The translations under genes were made by a program, and so were the position numbers. From assembly GCA_017463065.1 (NCBI GenBank), contig JAFTPX010000002.1, positions 1-59,647 of the forward strand: 59,647 bases of DNA. The letters run 5' to 3'. This document shows positions 8,803 to 20,260 of the stretch, in pieces. Source of the DNA: Clostridia bacterium. Lineage in GTDB: Bacteria > Bacillota > Clostridia > Oscillospirales > CAG-272. How positions within the stretch are numbered: position 1 is the first letter of the stretch; every line of letters begins with the position of its first letter. Under the pieces are notes generated by a model. The model searched no databases, was not told where the DNA came from, and worked only from the letters and a program-made list of their open reading frames with translations.

Positions 8803-11800
8803 TTGGGAGAATTCGTTCATCTTCATTTGCATAGTGAATATAGCTTGTTGGACGGCGCTTGTCGAATTTCCGAAATTCCCGAGCGCGCCAAGGAATGCGG
8901 ACATACTGCCGTAGCGCTGACCGATCACGGAGCAATGTACGGCGCGGTTGCCTTTTACCGTGCCTGCCGTAAGGCAGGAATCAAGCCGATTATCGGATGT
9001 GAGGTCTACGTTGCCGCCAAATCTCGGTTCGAGCGACAGAGCGGAGAGGGAAAGTACCATCATCTGGTTTTGCTTTGCGAGAATGAGGTCGGCTATAAAA
9101 ACCTGATTGCCATGGTTTCCAAAGGATATACCGAGGGCTTTTACGCAAAGCCCAGAGTGGATATAGAGCTGTTGCGTACCTATTCCGATGGTTTGATCTG
9201 CCTGTCGGGATGCCTTGCGGGTAAAATTCCTTCGCTGTTGCTGAAGGGCGACTTTGCGGAGGCGGTGGACTATGCCAAGACCTTGTCTGAGATATTCGGA
9301 AAGGATCACTTTTATATTGAACTTCAGAATCACGGGATGTCCGATCAAATGCAGGTGCTTCCTGAGCTTGTCAGACTGGCAAAGGAATGCGGACTGCCCC
9401 TCGTGGCAACCAACGACTGTCACTATTTGCGTCGGGAGCAGGCGCAAACGCAGGCGATTCTGATGTGTGTGCAAACCAACTCGGTGATTACCGACGGACG
9501 CCCCATCGGCTTTGAGACCGATGAGTTCTATTATAAAAACGATGCCGAAATGAAAATGCTGTTCGGCAAATATGAGGGGGCGATTGAGAACACCGTTAAA
9601 ATTGCCGATCGATGTAATTTTGAATTTCAATTCGATTCTCCCAAGCTTCCCACATTCCGTACGCCGCGGGGAAAGAGTTCTGCCGAGTACTTGAGGGAGC
9701 TGACCCTTTTGGGTCTGGAACGGAGAAAAAAAGACGGCACGCTGACCTTGACGAAAAAGGAAGAGCCCATCTATGCGGAGCGCATAGAATACGAGTTGGG
9801 TGTCATTGCCGAGATGGGCTATTCCGATTATTTTCTGATCGTGCAGGATTACGTGGCGTTTGCGCGCTCCAAGGAGATTCCCGTTGGTCCAGGAAGAGGC
9901 TCGGGAGCGGGAAGCTTGGTGGCGTATCTGACAGGGATTACCGACGTGGATCCGATCCGCTTCGACTTGCTCTTTGAGCGCTTTTTGAATCCCGAACGGG
10001 TTAGTATGCCCGATATTGATATTGATTTTTGCTATAACCGACGGGACGAAGTGATCCAATATATGTTTGAACGTTACGGCTCGGATCACGTTTCTCAGAT
10101 CATTGCCTTCGGTACGTTGGCGGCAAGAGCGGCGATCCGTGACGTGGGACGAGCACTGGGAATGAGCTACGCTGAGGTGGATCCCGTGGCGCGAGCCGTT
10201 CCGGGAGGTCCCGGGGTTACCTTGAAGGATGCCCTGCGGATGACCGCCCTGAAATCCCAGTATGAATCCTCGGAAGCCGTGAAGCGATTGGTGGATACGG
10301 CAATGCAGATCGAAGGAATGCCGCGTAATATTACGGTTCACGCGGCGGGACTGGTGGTGACAGACCTGCCCGTGGCGCAATACGTGCCTCTGGCAGTGAG
10401 TAACGAAACCGTCGTTACCCAATTTGACATGGATACCATTGCCGATCTGGGCTTGCTGAAATTCGACTTTTTGGCGCTTCGGTATTTGTCTATTCTCAAA
10501 GAGGCTTGTCAAACCGTTCAGGAAACCGATCCGACCTTCCGTCTGGAGCAGATTCCCTTTGACGATAAAGAAACCTTTTCGTTGATCGCAAAAGGGAATA
10601 CCCTTGGACTCTTTCAGCTGGAGTCGGCGGGAATGAGACAAATGCTCACGGAGCTGAAGCCCGATTGTCTGGACGATATCATCGCCGCAATCGCCCTCTA
10701 CCGCCCGGGACCCATGGACTCAATTCCCCAATATATCGAGGCACGCCATCATCCCGAGCGGGTGTCCTATGTCCACCCCTTGCTGGAGCCGATTCTGAAA
10801 TCCACCTACGGTTGTACCGTTTATCAGGAGCAGGTCATGAGTATTTTCCGTGTCATCGCGGGATATACCTACGGTCACGCCGACATCGTGCGGCGTGCCA
10901 TGTCCAAGAAGAAGGGCGACGTTTTGCGAGCGGAACGGGAGAGCTTTCTTGCGGGTGCTTCCAAGAATGGTGTGGATGCGGCAGTGGCGGAAAAGCTGTT
11001 TGACGATATGGCATCCTTTGCCAATTATGCCTTTAACAAGAGCCACGCGGCGGCGTATGCGGTCATTTCCTATCGAACGGCATACCTGAAGGCGCATTAT
11101 CCTTGTGAATATATGGCTGCACTGTTGACCTCGGTGCTGGGGAATCTGAGCAAGCTTGCCGAGTATATTGCCGAATGCGGGAAATACGGGATCCGCGTGT
11201 TGCCCCCCGATATTAACGAGAGCCGTCTCTATTTTCATCCCAAGGATGGATCGATCGTATTTGGCTTGTTGGCACTGAAAAACGTGGGAAAGCAATTTAT
11301 TGAGTCTATCCTGCGGGAAAGAAGCAGCGGAGCGTTTTTGGATTTTGAGGATTTTGTTCGGCGTATGGCACCTTACGACGTCAACAAGCGTATGATTGAG
11401 GCACTGATCAAATCGGGGGCATTTGATCAGCTCGGCGTATACCGAAGCCGTCTCCTCGCCTCCTTTGAACAGCTGGTGGATATGATCCAGCAGAAGGATC
11501 GCAATAATATCGCAGGGCAGCTGGATATGTTTTCTTCCTTTTCGGCGGCAGGAGCCACCACCCCTCGATTTGACTACCCGAACATTCCCGATTTTTCTCT
11601 GCGGGAAAAGCTCTTGCTGGAGAGGGAAAGCTCGGGAATGTACTTCTCGGGACACCTGTTAGATAGCTACCGCCTCCATGCCGAGTATTTGAACACCAAG
11701 GGAATTCCCGAATTGCTGAATACGGAATCGGTGAGGGAAAAGGAGTCGGTCTCGGTGGCAGGCATTGTGTCTGCCGTAACGGTGAAAACCACCCGTAAGA

Positions 11801-12306
11801 ACGAAAAAATGGCGTTCTTTACCTTGGAGGATCGGTACGGAGAGATTGAATGTCTCGCCTTTCCTTCTCAATACGCCAAGCTTTCTCATTTTATACGGAT
11901 CGAAGCGCCGCTGTTCGTCAAGGGAACGGTCTCTCTGCGGGACGGAGAAGAGGAAGCACCCAAGCTCTTGGTTTCCGAGATCATGGAGCTGATGGAGAAT
12001 AAGCAGTTTGAAGCCGCATCTGTCAAAAAAGAGCCCCCCACAGAGCACAATAAAAAGACAGACGCACAGAAGCCTGCTTCTGCGCGTCCGTATTCCAAGC
12101 TGTATTTGCGGGTTCCCGATATGCGGGGAGAAGGATACCAAAAAGCAAAAAATCTTGTGGAGATTTTTGAAGGACCCCTTCGGGTGATCTTTTACGACAA
12201 TGAAGCCGCGGCTTACGTTCCTGCCGACAGCGGCATTGATGCCACGGAGTTTGTGATTAAGGAATTGACCGAGCTGTTGGGTGCGGAAAACGTCGTGCCG
12301 AAGTAA
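8803..12306 (+). CDS. dnaE: DNA polymerase III alpha subunit
   Basis: PHP domain HLHLHSEYSLLDG, GPGRGSGAGS, SMPDIDIDF, FNKSHAAAY, OB fold. Confidence 0.98.
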   Translation: MGEFVHLHLHSEYSLLDGACRISEIPERAKECGHTAVALTDHGAMYGAVAFYRACRKAGIKPIIGCEVYVAAKSRFERQSGEGKYHHLVLLCENEVGYKNLIAMVSKGYTEGFYAKPRVDIELLRTYSDGLICLSGCLAGKIPSLLLKGDFAEAVDYAKTLSEIFGKDHFYIELQNHGMSDQMQVLPELVRLAKECGLPLVATNDCHYLRREQAQTQAILMCVQTNSVITDGRPIGFETDEFYYKNDAEMKMLFGKYEGAIENTVKIADRCNFEFQFDSPKLPTFRTPRGKSSAEYLRELTLLGLERRKKDGTLTLTKKEEPIYAERIEYELGVIAEMGYSDYFLIVQDYVAFARSKEIPVGPGRGSGAGSLVAYLTGITDVDPIRFDLLFERFLNPERVSMPDIDIDFCYNRRDEVIQYMFERYGSDHVSQIIAFGTLAARAAIRDVGRALGMSYAEVDPVARAVPGGPGVTLKDALRMTALKSQYESSEAVKRLVDTAMQIEGMPRNITVHAAGLVVTDLPVAQYVPLAVSNETVVTQFDMDTIADLGLLKFDFLALRYLSILKEACQTVQETDPTFRLEQIPFDDKETFSLIAKGNTLGLFQLESAGMRQMLTELKPDCLDDIIAAIALYRPGPMDSIPQYIEARHHPERVSYVHPLLEPILKSTYGCTVYQEQVMSIFRVIAGYTYGHADIVRRAMSKKKGDVLRAERESFLAGASKNGVDAAVAEKLFDDMASFANYAFNKSHAAAYAVISYRTAYLKAHYPCEYMAALLTSVLGNLSKLAEYIAECGKYGIRVLPPDINESRLYFHPKDGSIVFGLLALKNVGKQFIESILRERSSGAFLDFEDFVRRMAPYDVNKRMIEALIKSGAFDQLGVYRSRLLASFEQLVDMIQQKDRNNIAGQLDMFSSFSAAGATTPRFDYPNIPDFSLREKLLLERESSGMYFSGHLLDSYRLHAEYLNTKGIPELLNTESVREKESVSVAGIVSAVTVKTTRKNEKMAFFTLEDRYGEIECLAFPSQYAKLSHFIRIEAPLFVKGTVSLRDGEEEAPKLLVSEIMELMENKQFEAASVKKEPPTEHNKKTDAQKPASARPYSKLYLRVPDMRGEGYQKAKNLVEIFEGPLRVIFYDNEAAAYVPADSGIDATEFVIKELTELLGAENVVPK

Positions 12307-12702
12307 TCAAGCGGTGTAGTCCTCGATCAGAGCAAGGAGCTCCCCTTGCGATTCAATCACGATACCCTCTCTAAGCAGACGTCTGTCTGCTTCGGGGAGG
12401 GTTTTTATATAGGTATCCAAAACGAATAGCAAAACGCCATCCCGACTGAATATGCCGATCCGATCCCCATGCTCCTTCACGATCCATCCGTCCTCCGAAG
12501 GAGCGGTATCCTCCGTTGAGACCTGCGTTTGTGTTTGTTCCTGCGTGACAGAAACATAAATATACTCGGTCTCTGACGGTGGCTGGGAAACCGTTCGCTT
12601 GCGGAAGGCGGTTGTCAAGACCGTGACAGAGGCGATCAGGATACACAGCATGATCACGGCATAGAGCGAGGTGAGGGTAAGGAATCCTCTTTTTTTCATC
12701 AT
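12307..12702 (-). CDS. BofC C-terminal domain protein (sporulation)
   Basis: N-terminal TM, then WIVKEHGDRIGIF...LPEADRRLLREGI...LIEDYT. Confidence 0.75.
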   Translation of the reverse strand: MMKKRGFLTLTSLYAVIMLCILIASVTVLTTAFRKRTVSQPPSETEYIYVSVTQEQTQTQVSTEDTAPSEDGWIVKEHGDRIGIFSRDGVLLFVLDTYIKTLPEADRRLLREGIVIESQGELLALIEDYTA

Positions 12703-12820
12703 AATCCATCCACACTTTTGTTTTTTTCATATTTTTGTATTATTATTGTCCTTCCGATGTTTATTTATTCCATGGGCAAGCAATAATAGAAAAAGAAGGA
12801 AGAAAAGGAGAGTGCGGAGC

Positions 12821-15325
12821 TTGAAAAAAGAAAATACATCCCCCAAATGCGGATCGCGCCAAAGGGGAGGGAGAATGGTTTTGCGTTGGCTTGTGGCGGT
12901 CTTGTTTTTCTTAGTGGTTTTTTGTTTGATCATCGCCTTGGTTTTCGCGATCTACGTCAATAAAAAAATTGAGAAAAGCATTGACGAGACCATGTTTACA
13001 ATGGTGGGATCGGATTCCGCCACAAAGCTGTATTATTATGACGTTTCCGACACCACGGGGGAGATAGAAGCCAAGGAGCTGAAGGAGGAAACGCTGTACG
13101 GCGGTTACCGATGCGTTTACGTGGAGTATGAACGGATCCCGCAGGATCTGAAGGATGCCTTTATCAGTATCGAGGATAAGCGGTTTTATCAACACAAGGG
13201 GGTGGACTGGAAGCGGACCTTGTCGGCGGGCGCTAACTATTTTCTGAATTTCAGTGATAGCTACGGCGGCTCGACTATTACCCAACAGCTGATCAAAAAC
13301 GTGACCGATAAGGACGACTATTCCTTTCAGCGAAAAATACAGGAGATCTTCTGGGCGTTGGATCTGGAAACTAAAATGGATAAGCAGGAGATTCTCGGAC
13401 TGTACCTAAACATTATCAACTTATCTCAGGGATGCTACGGCGTACAGGCGGCGGCAGAGTATTATTTTTCAAAGGACGTCTCCCAGCTGACCTTGAATGA
13501 ATGTGCTTGCATTGCCGCTATTACCAACAGCCCCTCTTACTACGATCCCCTGCGAAATCCAGAAAATAATAAAGAGCGAAAAGATTTGATCTTGGAAGAA
13601 ATGTGCGAGCAGGGGTATATCACGCAGGAGGAAAAGCAGGCGGCAGTATCCTCGGAGATCGTGCTGAACGTGAACGAAAAGTATAGCACCGATGAGATCA
13701 ATTCGTGGTATGTGGATATGGTGATCGAGGATATCGTCAATGATCTGGTGGAGGAAAAGGGATACAGTCGCCCGATGGCAAACTTAATGATCTATACGGG
13801 CGGCTTGCGGATCTATACCGCCATGGATCCCGAGGTTCAGAAAATTCTTGAGAAATACTACGAAAAAGAATCTCATTTCTATTCCGCTGCCACGGGAACG
13901 ACACCCCAATCGGCAATGATTATTTTGGACCCGAACAACGGAGATATTCTCGGCGTGGCGGGTGCCATCGGAAATAAGGGTGCTAACCGCTTGCAGAATT
14001 TCGCAACTCAAACCCTACGCCCCGCGGGATCGGTGATTAAGCCCCTTTCGGTTTACGCCCCCGCCATGGATCGAGGAATTATTACGTGGAGCTCGGTTTA
14101 CGATGATGTTCCCGTCAATTTCGGAAAATATAATCTGGATCCCAACCGCGGAGAACTGGTGGAGCCCGTCGCTTGGCCTAAAAACTCCAACGGTATTTAT
14201 CGGGGCTTGACCAATATCAATTACGCCATCGAGCATTCGGTCAACACCGTCACGGTACGGGTTCTGGAGGATCTTGGGGTGGAGAATTCCTTTCGGTTTC
14301 TTTCCGATTCCTTGCATATGGAAAGTCTGATCGAGGGAGAGTACGGGGCGGACGGCACCTATTTGACCGATATGGATCTGGCGGCATTGGCGCTGGGCCA
14401 GATGAATTACGGCATTACCGTAAAGGAAATCACCGCGGCGTATTCCATCTTTGCTAACGAAGGCGTTTATAATTACGCCCGTTCCTATTATAAAGTAACC
14501 GATAGCACAGGGAGTATTCTCTTGGAAAACAAATACCGAGGGGAAGCGGTGATTCGGGAGGAAACGGCGACCTTGATGACGAAGATGCTGGAAAACGTCA
14601 TTGAAAACGGAACCGCCAATCAGATCAACCTGCAAGAGCTGGTGGATTGCGCGGGCAAAACGGGAACGACCCAAAACAACTACGACCGATGGTTTATCGG
14701 CTATACGCCCTATTATATTGGCGGTGTATGGTACGGATATGAATATCCTCGCGCGCTGAGCGGCGGCAATATGTGCATCGATATTTGGGAGGATATTATG
14801 AAGGAGATTCACAAAACCAAAGGCGTTACAAAGGAAACCGCCAAGCACTTTGCCACGTCGGACAACGTGGTAGAGGCGGAATATTGCGTGGATTCGGGAG
14901 GGCTTGTGACCAATGCCTGCTTGAGCGACCCTCGGGGAAGCCGTACGGAAAAAGGCTATTTTGCCAAGGGAACCGAGCCCAGAGCCCTCTGTACCTGCCA
15001 TGTTCCCGTTCTTTACGATACCGTGGAGGGGGGCGTGGCTTGGGAGGGGCAATGTCCAACGGAAACTACCAAGATCGTGGGGATGATCCGTGTGACAAGA
15101 GGCTTTCCGATGCAGGTGTACGTGACCGATGCCCAGTACGTGTGGCGAGAGCTTCCGCGGGACGTATTGCCCGAAACCTCGCCGTCTCAGCCCTTCTTCC
15201 GCAACCTGCTAGGGGAAAAAGAATATTGCGGTATTTCCCGAGGGGAGACTCAATACAATCGCCTGTGCCGCGCCCACTTTAACTATTTCGCATGGAAAGA
15301 AAAGCAAGAAGAGAATACAGAATAA
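12821..15325 (+). CDS. Class A penicillin-binding protein (PBP1A family)
   Basis: Transglycosylase motifs EDKRFYQHKG and GGSTITQQL, transpeptidase SVIK, SVN, KTG. Start uncertain (12812/12821/12875). Confidence 0.93.
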   Translation: MKKENTSPKCGSRQRGGRMVLRWLVAVLFFLVVFCLIIALVFAIYVNKKIEKSIDETMFTMVGSDSATKLYYYDVSDTTGEIEAKELKEETLYGGYRCVYVEYERIPQDLKDAFISIEDKRFYQHKGVDWKRTLSAGANYFLNFSDSYGGSTITQQLIKNVTDKDDYSFQRKIQEIFWALDLETKMDKQEILGLYLNIINLSQGCYGVQAAAEYYFSKDVSQLTLNECACIAAITNSPSYYDPLRNPENNKERKDLILEEMCEQGYITQEEKQAAVSSEIVLNVNEKYSTDEINSWYVDMVIEDIVNDLVEEKGYSRPMANLMIYTGGLRIYTAMDPEVQKILEKYYEKESHFYSAATGTTPQSAMIILDPNNGDILGVAGAIGNKGANRLQNFATQTLRPAGSVIKPLSVYAPAMDRGIITWSSVYDDVPVNFGKYNLDPNRGELVEPVAWPKNSNGIYRGLTNINYAIEHSVNTVTVRVLEDLGVENSFRFLSDSLHMESLIEGEYGADGTYLTDMDLAALALGQMNYGITVKEITAAYSIFANEGVYNYARSYYKVTDSTGSILLENKYRGEAVIREETATLMTKMLENVIENGTANQINLQELVDCAGKTGTTQNNYDRWFIGYTPYYIGGVWYGYEYPRALSGGNMCIDIWEDIMKEIHKTKGVTKETAKHFATSDNVVEAEYCVDSGGLVTNACLSDPRGSRTEKGYFAKGTEPRALCTCHVPVLYDTVEGGVAWEGQCPTETTKIVGMIRVTRGFPMQVYVTDAQYVWRELPRDVLPETSPSQPFFRNLLGEKEYCGISRGETQYNRLCRAHFNYFAWKEKQEENTE

Positions 15326-15364
15326 AAGATTCCCCCAAGAGTTGCACACTCTTGGGGGAATCTT
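15326..15364. terminator. Bidirectional terminator between pbp and potCD
   Basis: aagattcccccaagagt...actcttgggggaatctt. Confidence 0.8.
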
Positions 15365-15375
15365 GATAAGGGAAG

Positions 15376-17418
15376 TTATCCTTTTGTTCGAAGCTCTTCC
15401 CATTTTTTGTTCAGATACTCTTTGGTTACCTTGTCAAGATCCTTGTAGCAACCCGCATCGTAAGAGGCGGAGAAGTCGAAGCTTTCTGGATACAGAATGC
15501 TGTAGGCATCCTCGCCCATGCCTTCCTTGTATCCCTCGTCGTCGTAAACGAAGGCGTTGGGAGACGCATAGCAGATATACTCCGCGTTGGCAATCGCAGG
15601 CTCGGGGCTGAGCATAAAGTTGATGTACGCCTCAGCGAGCTCCTTGTTCTGGCAACCCTTAGGAATACACATGGCATCGACGAAGATATTGGTCTGCTCA
15701 GGATAGTAGAATTGCAGATCCACGTTCTTTGCCTGATTGTCTGCCATGGTCAGGTAATCGCCCGCATAATACGCGCCGATTGCCGCCTCCCCCGATTCCA
15801 TCATGTTGAAGATCTCGTCCATGACAAACTTTTTAAGCAAAGGCATTTGCTTTTTTAATTCCGCAAAGCCTTGATCCCAAGCGGCAGTGTCTGTGGTATT
15901 CACGTCCAGCCCAAGCTTGTAAAACGCCGTACCGAAGGCATCGCGGGAGTTGTTGAACTGTACGATCTTACCGCTGTATTTTTCATTCCACATCAGATCC
16001 CAGCTACCTGTATCTGTCTCGTCTACCACGTTGGCGTTGTAGATCACACCCACCATGCCGTAGGTGTAGGGAACCGAGTACTTGTTCTGGGGATCGTAGT
16101 ACAGATTGCGGAAATCCTCTGAAATCGCTTCCTCATAATAAGGAATATTGGAGAAATCCAGTTCCTCCAGCAGCCCCTCCGAGGCAAGACGGGCGATCAT
16201 GTAGTCCGAAGGAACGATCACGTCGTAGCTAACGGCTCCCGTGGAAAGCTTGGCGTAAAGATCCTCATTGGAGGTGTAGGTCACGTAATTGACCTTTACC
16301 CGCAAGCCAAGCTCGGTTCGGCAGTACTCCTCAAATGCCTTGTTCGTATCGAGGGAATCCTCCGAGCCATCGGAGATGTATTCTCCCCAGTTGTATACGT
16401 TCAGGGTCAGGGTCTGCTTGGAGTAAATATTCAATGCCACGCAAAGGGAGATTAGAATGGCAATCACGCAGATCACGGCAATGATCTTGTTGAGATAAGA
16501 GGGGCTCTTTCGGTTGATCAGCAGACGGTTTTGGGAAGTCTTGTCGGTATTCTTCCCTTGCTTTCTCTTTTTCTGTGCCCGAAGGATCGCCTCCTGCCGC
16601 TTCTTTTCCTCTTTCTCCTTCTTCGCTTGAATCCGTTCGTCCGTGGATTTTTCACGGTTGGAGAGCAGGAGCATCACGAGGATCACCACAAAGATAATGG
16701 TGGAAAGGGCATAAATCGTTGGCTTCACGTTTTTCTTCGTCATACTGTAGATCAGAATCGGAAGGGTTTGGAAGTCCACACCCGAGGTGAAATAACTGAT
16801 GACAAAATCGTCCAGCGACATGGTAAACGCCATGATCGCACCCGTCAGTACCCCTGGCATAATGGCAGGCAGCTGAACCTTGAAGAAGGATTGGAGTGGC
16901 GTACAGCCAAGATCCAGTGCCGCTTCGGGCAGGGCCTTGTCCATTTGCTTGAACTTGGGCAATACGTTCAAAATGACGTAGGGAAGATTGAAGGTCACGT
17001 GAGCAATGAGCATCGTCCAGAAGCTCAGCTTGGTTTGCAGACCAATCAGCGTTCCCACGAATACGAAGAGAAACATCAGGGAAATACCCGTAATGATTTC
17101 GGGATTCATCATGGGGATGTTTGTGGCGGTCATCAAGGATCTTTTCAGACTTTTGTGCTTCATGTGATGAATCCCGAAAGCCGCCGCCGTGCCGAGCACC
17201 GTGGCAATGGCAGAGGAGGCAATGGCAAGGATCAGAGAGTTCTTCAGAGCGTCCAAAATTTCACTGTTCGCAAAAAGCTCTAAATACCACTTGAAGGAAA
17301 AGCCACTAAAGGTGGAGGTGCTGGAGCCTTCATTGAAGGAAAAAACGATCAGAACCGCGATAGGCGCAAACAGAAAGACCAGAATCAGCGCGATGGCGAG
17401 ATTGGAAAGCTTTTTCAT
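15376..17418 (-). CDS. potCD: Fused spermidine/putrescine ABC permease PotC and binding protein PotD
   Basis: N-terminal permease (EAALDLG, SLDDFVIS), Lys-rich linker, TM helix, PotD-like domain (VYNWGEYI, YDVIVPSDYM). Confidence 0.9.
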   Translation of the reverse strand: MKKLSNLAIALILVFLFAPIAVLIVFSFNEGSSTSTFSGFSFKWYLELFANSEILDALKNSLILAIASSAIATVLGTAAAFGIHHMKHKSLKRSLMTATNIPMMNPEIITGISLMFLFVFVGTLIGLQTKLSFWTMLIAHVTFNLPYVILNVLPKFKQMDKALPEAALDLGCTPLQSFFKVQLPAIMPGVLTGAIMAFTMSLDDFVISYFTSGVDFQTLPILIYSMTKKNVKPTIYALSTIIFVVILVMLLLSNREKSTDERIQAKKEKEEKKRQEAILRAQKKRKQGKNTDKTSQNRLLINRKSPSYLNKIIAVICVIAILISLCVALNIYSKQTLTLNVYNWGEYISDGSEDSLDTNKAFEEYCRTELGLRVKVNYVTYTSNEDLYAKLSTGAVSYDVIVPSDYMIARLASEGLLEELDFSNIPYYEEAISEDFRNLYYDPQNKYSVPYTYGMVGVIYNANVVDETDTGSWDLMWNEKYSGKIVQFNNSRDAFGTAFYKLGLDVNTTDTAAWDQGFAELKKQMPLLKKFVMDEIFNMMESGEAAIGAYYAGDYLTMADNQAKNVDLQFYYPEQTNIFVDAMCIPKGCQNKELAEAYINFMLSPEPAIANAEYICYASPNAFVYDDEGYKEGMGEDAYSILYPESFDFSASYDAGCYKDLDKVTKEYLNKKWEELRTKG

Positions 17419-18266
17419 GGCATCATACCTCCTTCGTCGTTATCGGAATAACGGTTGACGATGGCAAGTCCCAACAACAGAATCAGCATCAGTACCAACG
17501 ACAGAGACGCAGTCATGTTATAGTTAGAGGCGTTGTACTGTTGCTCAATGGCGTCGCCGATCAGAAGCATATCCGCACCGCCCAGCTTCTGGGAGATGTA
17601 GAAGGTGCTGATGGAGGGAACCAAAACCATGGTTACTCCCGATATAACACCCGAAACGCTGAGAGGGAAGATCACCTTCCGCAGAACACCAAAGCCGTTA
17701 CAGCCAAGATCGGATGCGGCTTCTACCAAACGGTAGTCCAGCTTGGACATGACCGAATAGATAGGCAGGATCATATAGGGAAGGTAATCGTATACCATAC
17801 CCAGAATCACGGCACCTTCGGTTCCCAGCATATGAATGGGATCAATGCCAAAATTTCCAAGAAAGGAGTTAACGATACCCGTGTCCTGAATGAGCACCAT
17901 GATGGCGTAGGTACGGATCAGAAAGTTCATCCACATGGGAAGCATCAGAAGCAAGATCAGCACGCGCTGGGTCTTTGCCTTGCATCGGGAAATAAAGTAT
18001 GCCACAGGATAGCCGATCAAAAGGCAGATGAAGGTGGCGATTACCGCCAGCTTCAAGGAACGGAAGAAGATCTTCAAATAGGTCGGTGTGAAGAAGTTGG
18101 CAATGTTGGTCAGGGTAAAGCCACCCTCACCGTTGGTAAACGCATAATATGCCACGAAGATCAACGGGGCAATGATAAAGAGAACCGACCAGACGATATG
18201 GGGCGCCGCCGCATACCGTTGCAGAAGGGAGCGGTTGTCGGTTTTTGTTTTCTGTGCTCTTGTCAT
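17415..18266 (-). CDS. potB: Spermidine/putrescine ABC permease
   Basis: [30 protein letters not shown]. Confidence 0.92.
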   Translation of the reverse strand: MTRAQKTKTDNRSLLQRYAAAPHIVWSVLFIIAPLIFVAYYAFTNGEGGFTLTNIANFFTPTYLKIFFRSLKLAVIATFICLLIGYPVAYFISRCKAKTQRVLILLLMLPMWMNFLIRTYAIMVLIQDTGIVNSFLGNFGIDPIHMLGTEGAVILGMVYDYLPYMILPIYSVMSKLDYRLVEAASDLGCNGFGVLRKVIFPLSVSGVISGVTMVLVPSISTFYISQKLGGADMLLIGDAIEQQYNASNYNMTASLSLVLMLILLLGLAIVNRYSDNDEGGMMP

Positions 18267-19384
18267 TCTTCCTCGTCCTCCGTCACATCGGAAAGATGTT
18301 CCATTTCCTCGGAGAAGGTGGAGTAGTCGCCGAACATATTGGAATATTCGGATTTTTTCATAATATGAATGGCATCAGGCTCAATGTAAACGCCGATTTC
18401 GGCATCGGGAGCGACGTAGTCCGTGGTCTGGATCATCCATTTGAAGCCGTCAATGTCCACGATGATCTCATAGTGGACCCCCTTGAAGGTGACCGTGGTG
18501 ACCTTGCCGCAAAGCATGCCTTTTTCCACAGGAACCACATCCACGTCCTCGGGACGGATGACCACGTCCACCGCCTCGTTTTTGCCAAAGCCTTTGTCCA
18601 GACAGTCAAAGGTGTGCTTGGCGAATTTTACCTTGTAATCTTCCGGCATGATGCCGTCGATGATGTTGGACTCTCCGATAAAGTCGGCAACGAAAGCGTT
18701 CACTGGCTCGTTGTAAATATCGGTGGGAGAGCCGATCTGCTGAATCTTTCCGTTCGCCATGACCACCACGGTGTCCGACATGGAAAGCGCCTCCTCCTGA
18801 TCGTGGGTGACGTAAATAAAGGTAATTCCCGTTTTGGCGTGAATATTTTTCAATTCGACTTGCATATCCTTGCGAAGCTTCAAGTCAAGAGCCGCCAGAG
18901 GCTCGTCCAATAACAGAACCTGAGGCTGATTGATCAGCGCGCGAGCAATGGCAACCCGCTGTTGTTGACCGCCAGAAAGCAGATTCACGTTTCTTTTTTC
19001 GAATCCGCGGAGGTTTACCAGCTCCAGCATTTCGGAGACTCGTTTTCTGATCTCATCCTTGTTCACCTTGGCAAGCTTGAGTCCGAATGCAATGTTATCA
19101 TATACGTTGAGATGGGGAAAGAGGGCGTATTTTTGAAAGACGGTGTTGACATTTCGCTTGTAGGCGGGAATGTCGTTGATTCGTTGCCCGTCAAAGCATA
19201 CGTCACCCTCGTCTGGGGATTCAAATCCGCCGATGATTCGGAGCGTCGTTGTTTTTCCGCACCCCGACGGACCTAAGAGCGTAATAAACTCATGGTCATT
19301 GATGTAAAGATCAACGTTGGAGAGTACCTGCTCGCCGTCATACGCCTTGCAGATATTTTTCAGTTCGATCAGCTTTGCTTTCAT
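18263..19384 (-). CDS. potA: Spermidine/putrescine ABC ATP-binding protein
   Basis: [21 protein letters not shown]-like tail. ATG at 19384 follows AAGGAG. Confidence 0.93.
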   Translation of the reverse strand: MKAKLIELKNICKAYDGEQVLSNVDLYINDHEFITLLGPSGCGKTTTLRIIGGFESPDEGDVCFDGQRINDIPAYKRNVNTVFQKYALFPHLNVYDNIAFGLKLAKVNKDEIRKRVSEMLELVNLRGFEKRNVNLLSGGQQQRVAIARALINQPQVLLLDEPLAALDLKLRKDMQVELKNIHAKTGITFIYVTHDQEEALSMSDTVVVMANGKIQQIGSPTDIYNEPVNAFVADFIGESNIIDGIMPEDYKVKFAKHTFDCLDKGFGKNEAVDVVIRPEDVDVVPVEKGMLCGKVTTVTFKGVHYEIIVDIDGFKWMIQTTDYVAPDAEIGVYIEPDAIHIMKKSEYSNMFGDYSTFSEEMEHLSDVTEDEEE

Positions 19385-19518
19385 TCCACATAAAAACTCC
19401 TTCGGGAAAAAATATCCTGCACAAAGAAAGCTCGGTAAAATTACAGAACAATCCATTGTATCATTGCGAATATTGTAACAGAAATTCGTCAAAAATGCAA
19501 TATGTTTTACAAATATTT

Positions 19519-20094
19519 TCATTTTTCTGGAATAAAAATTCTGACAAATAAGGAAATCGAAAAGATAAAGAGGGAGAGTGAGGAAGATGCCCGCAGAAGT
19601 AAATAGACCGAAAAGCACCAAAGGGTGAAAATGAAGAAAAAAGACAGAGCCTGTAAAATCCCGTCGGCACTCCTCATCGATATCCGCAGACAGAGCAGAG
19701 AACGAAGGATTCGTCCCCCGTCAAAGTCCTTGATGGGAAGCAGATTCATCATCCCCAAAACGAAGGAGGAAATCGAAAACCAAAGCAAAAAATCCGAAGA
19801 AGCTTGCCGATAACCCCACAGTCCGACACTTCCCAAAGCAAGATTCACCAAGGGCCCCGCCGAGCACAGCAGGATCTCCTTGCGGTAAGAGAATAGATGA
19901 CCCTCGGGAATCAATCCCGCTCCGTAGATCCCGATCTTGCATTCCTTCAGCCGAATTCGACACACAGCCGCCACTAAAATATGCCCCAGCTCGTGAGTCA
20001 ACGCGGCGAGCAAAGAGGCAAGGGAAAAGAGGGAATGGGAGAGGATCAGAGAAAGAGCAAACATAATGGTGAAAAAACCGATTTTGATCTTCAC
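19519..20094 (-). CDS. Site-2 protease, M50 family (SpoIVFB-like)
   Basis: HELGH, AGPLVN and [11 protein letters not shown] motifs, hydrophobic. CATATAAT sporulation-type -10 upstream. Confidence 0.8.
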   Translation of the reverse strand: MKIKIGFFTIMFALSLILSHSLFSLASLLAALTHELGHILVAAVCRIRLKECKIGIYGAGLIPEGHLFSYRKEILLCSAGPLVNLALGSVGLWGYRQASSDFLLWFSISSFVLGMMNLLPIKDFDGGRILRSLLCLRISMRSADGILQALSFFFIFTLWCFSVYLLLRASSSLSLFIFSISLFVRIFIPEK

Positions 20095-20203
20095 AGTTCC
20101 CAACCTCTCTTTCCGTTTTTTATAGGGTATTATCATTATATGAAGGGAGAAGGGAAGGGATTGATAAAAGAGCAAAAAAATTCAAGAAATTTCAAAAAAG
20201 GTA

Positions 20204-20231
20204 TTGACATTTTTAAAAAAAAGTGTATAAT
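20204..20231 (+). promoter_or_regulatory. Sigma-A promoter for tRNA-Leu(GAG)
   Basis: TTGACA-16 nt-TATAAT. Confidence 0.8.
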
Positions 20232-20260
20232 ATTATCTGTTGCCGCAAACGCGGTGGCAT

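Noticed and set aside
8758-10641. 627-aa antisense ORF, plus similar long ones at 42714-44708, 48240-50162, 57712-59574, 20695-22083 and 27176-28375
   Set aside because: They are shadows on the opposite strand of well-supported genes (dnaE, clp, rpsB-tsf, pgm, tkt, serA) and have no recognisable motifs.
8803-12306. Intein in DnaE
   Set aside because: The length (1167 aa) and motifs are continuous, with no splice-junction or LAGLIDADG blocks.
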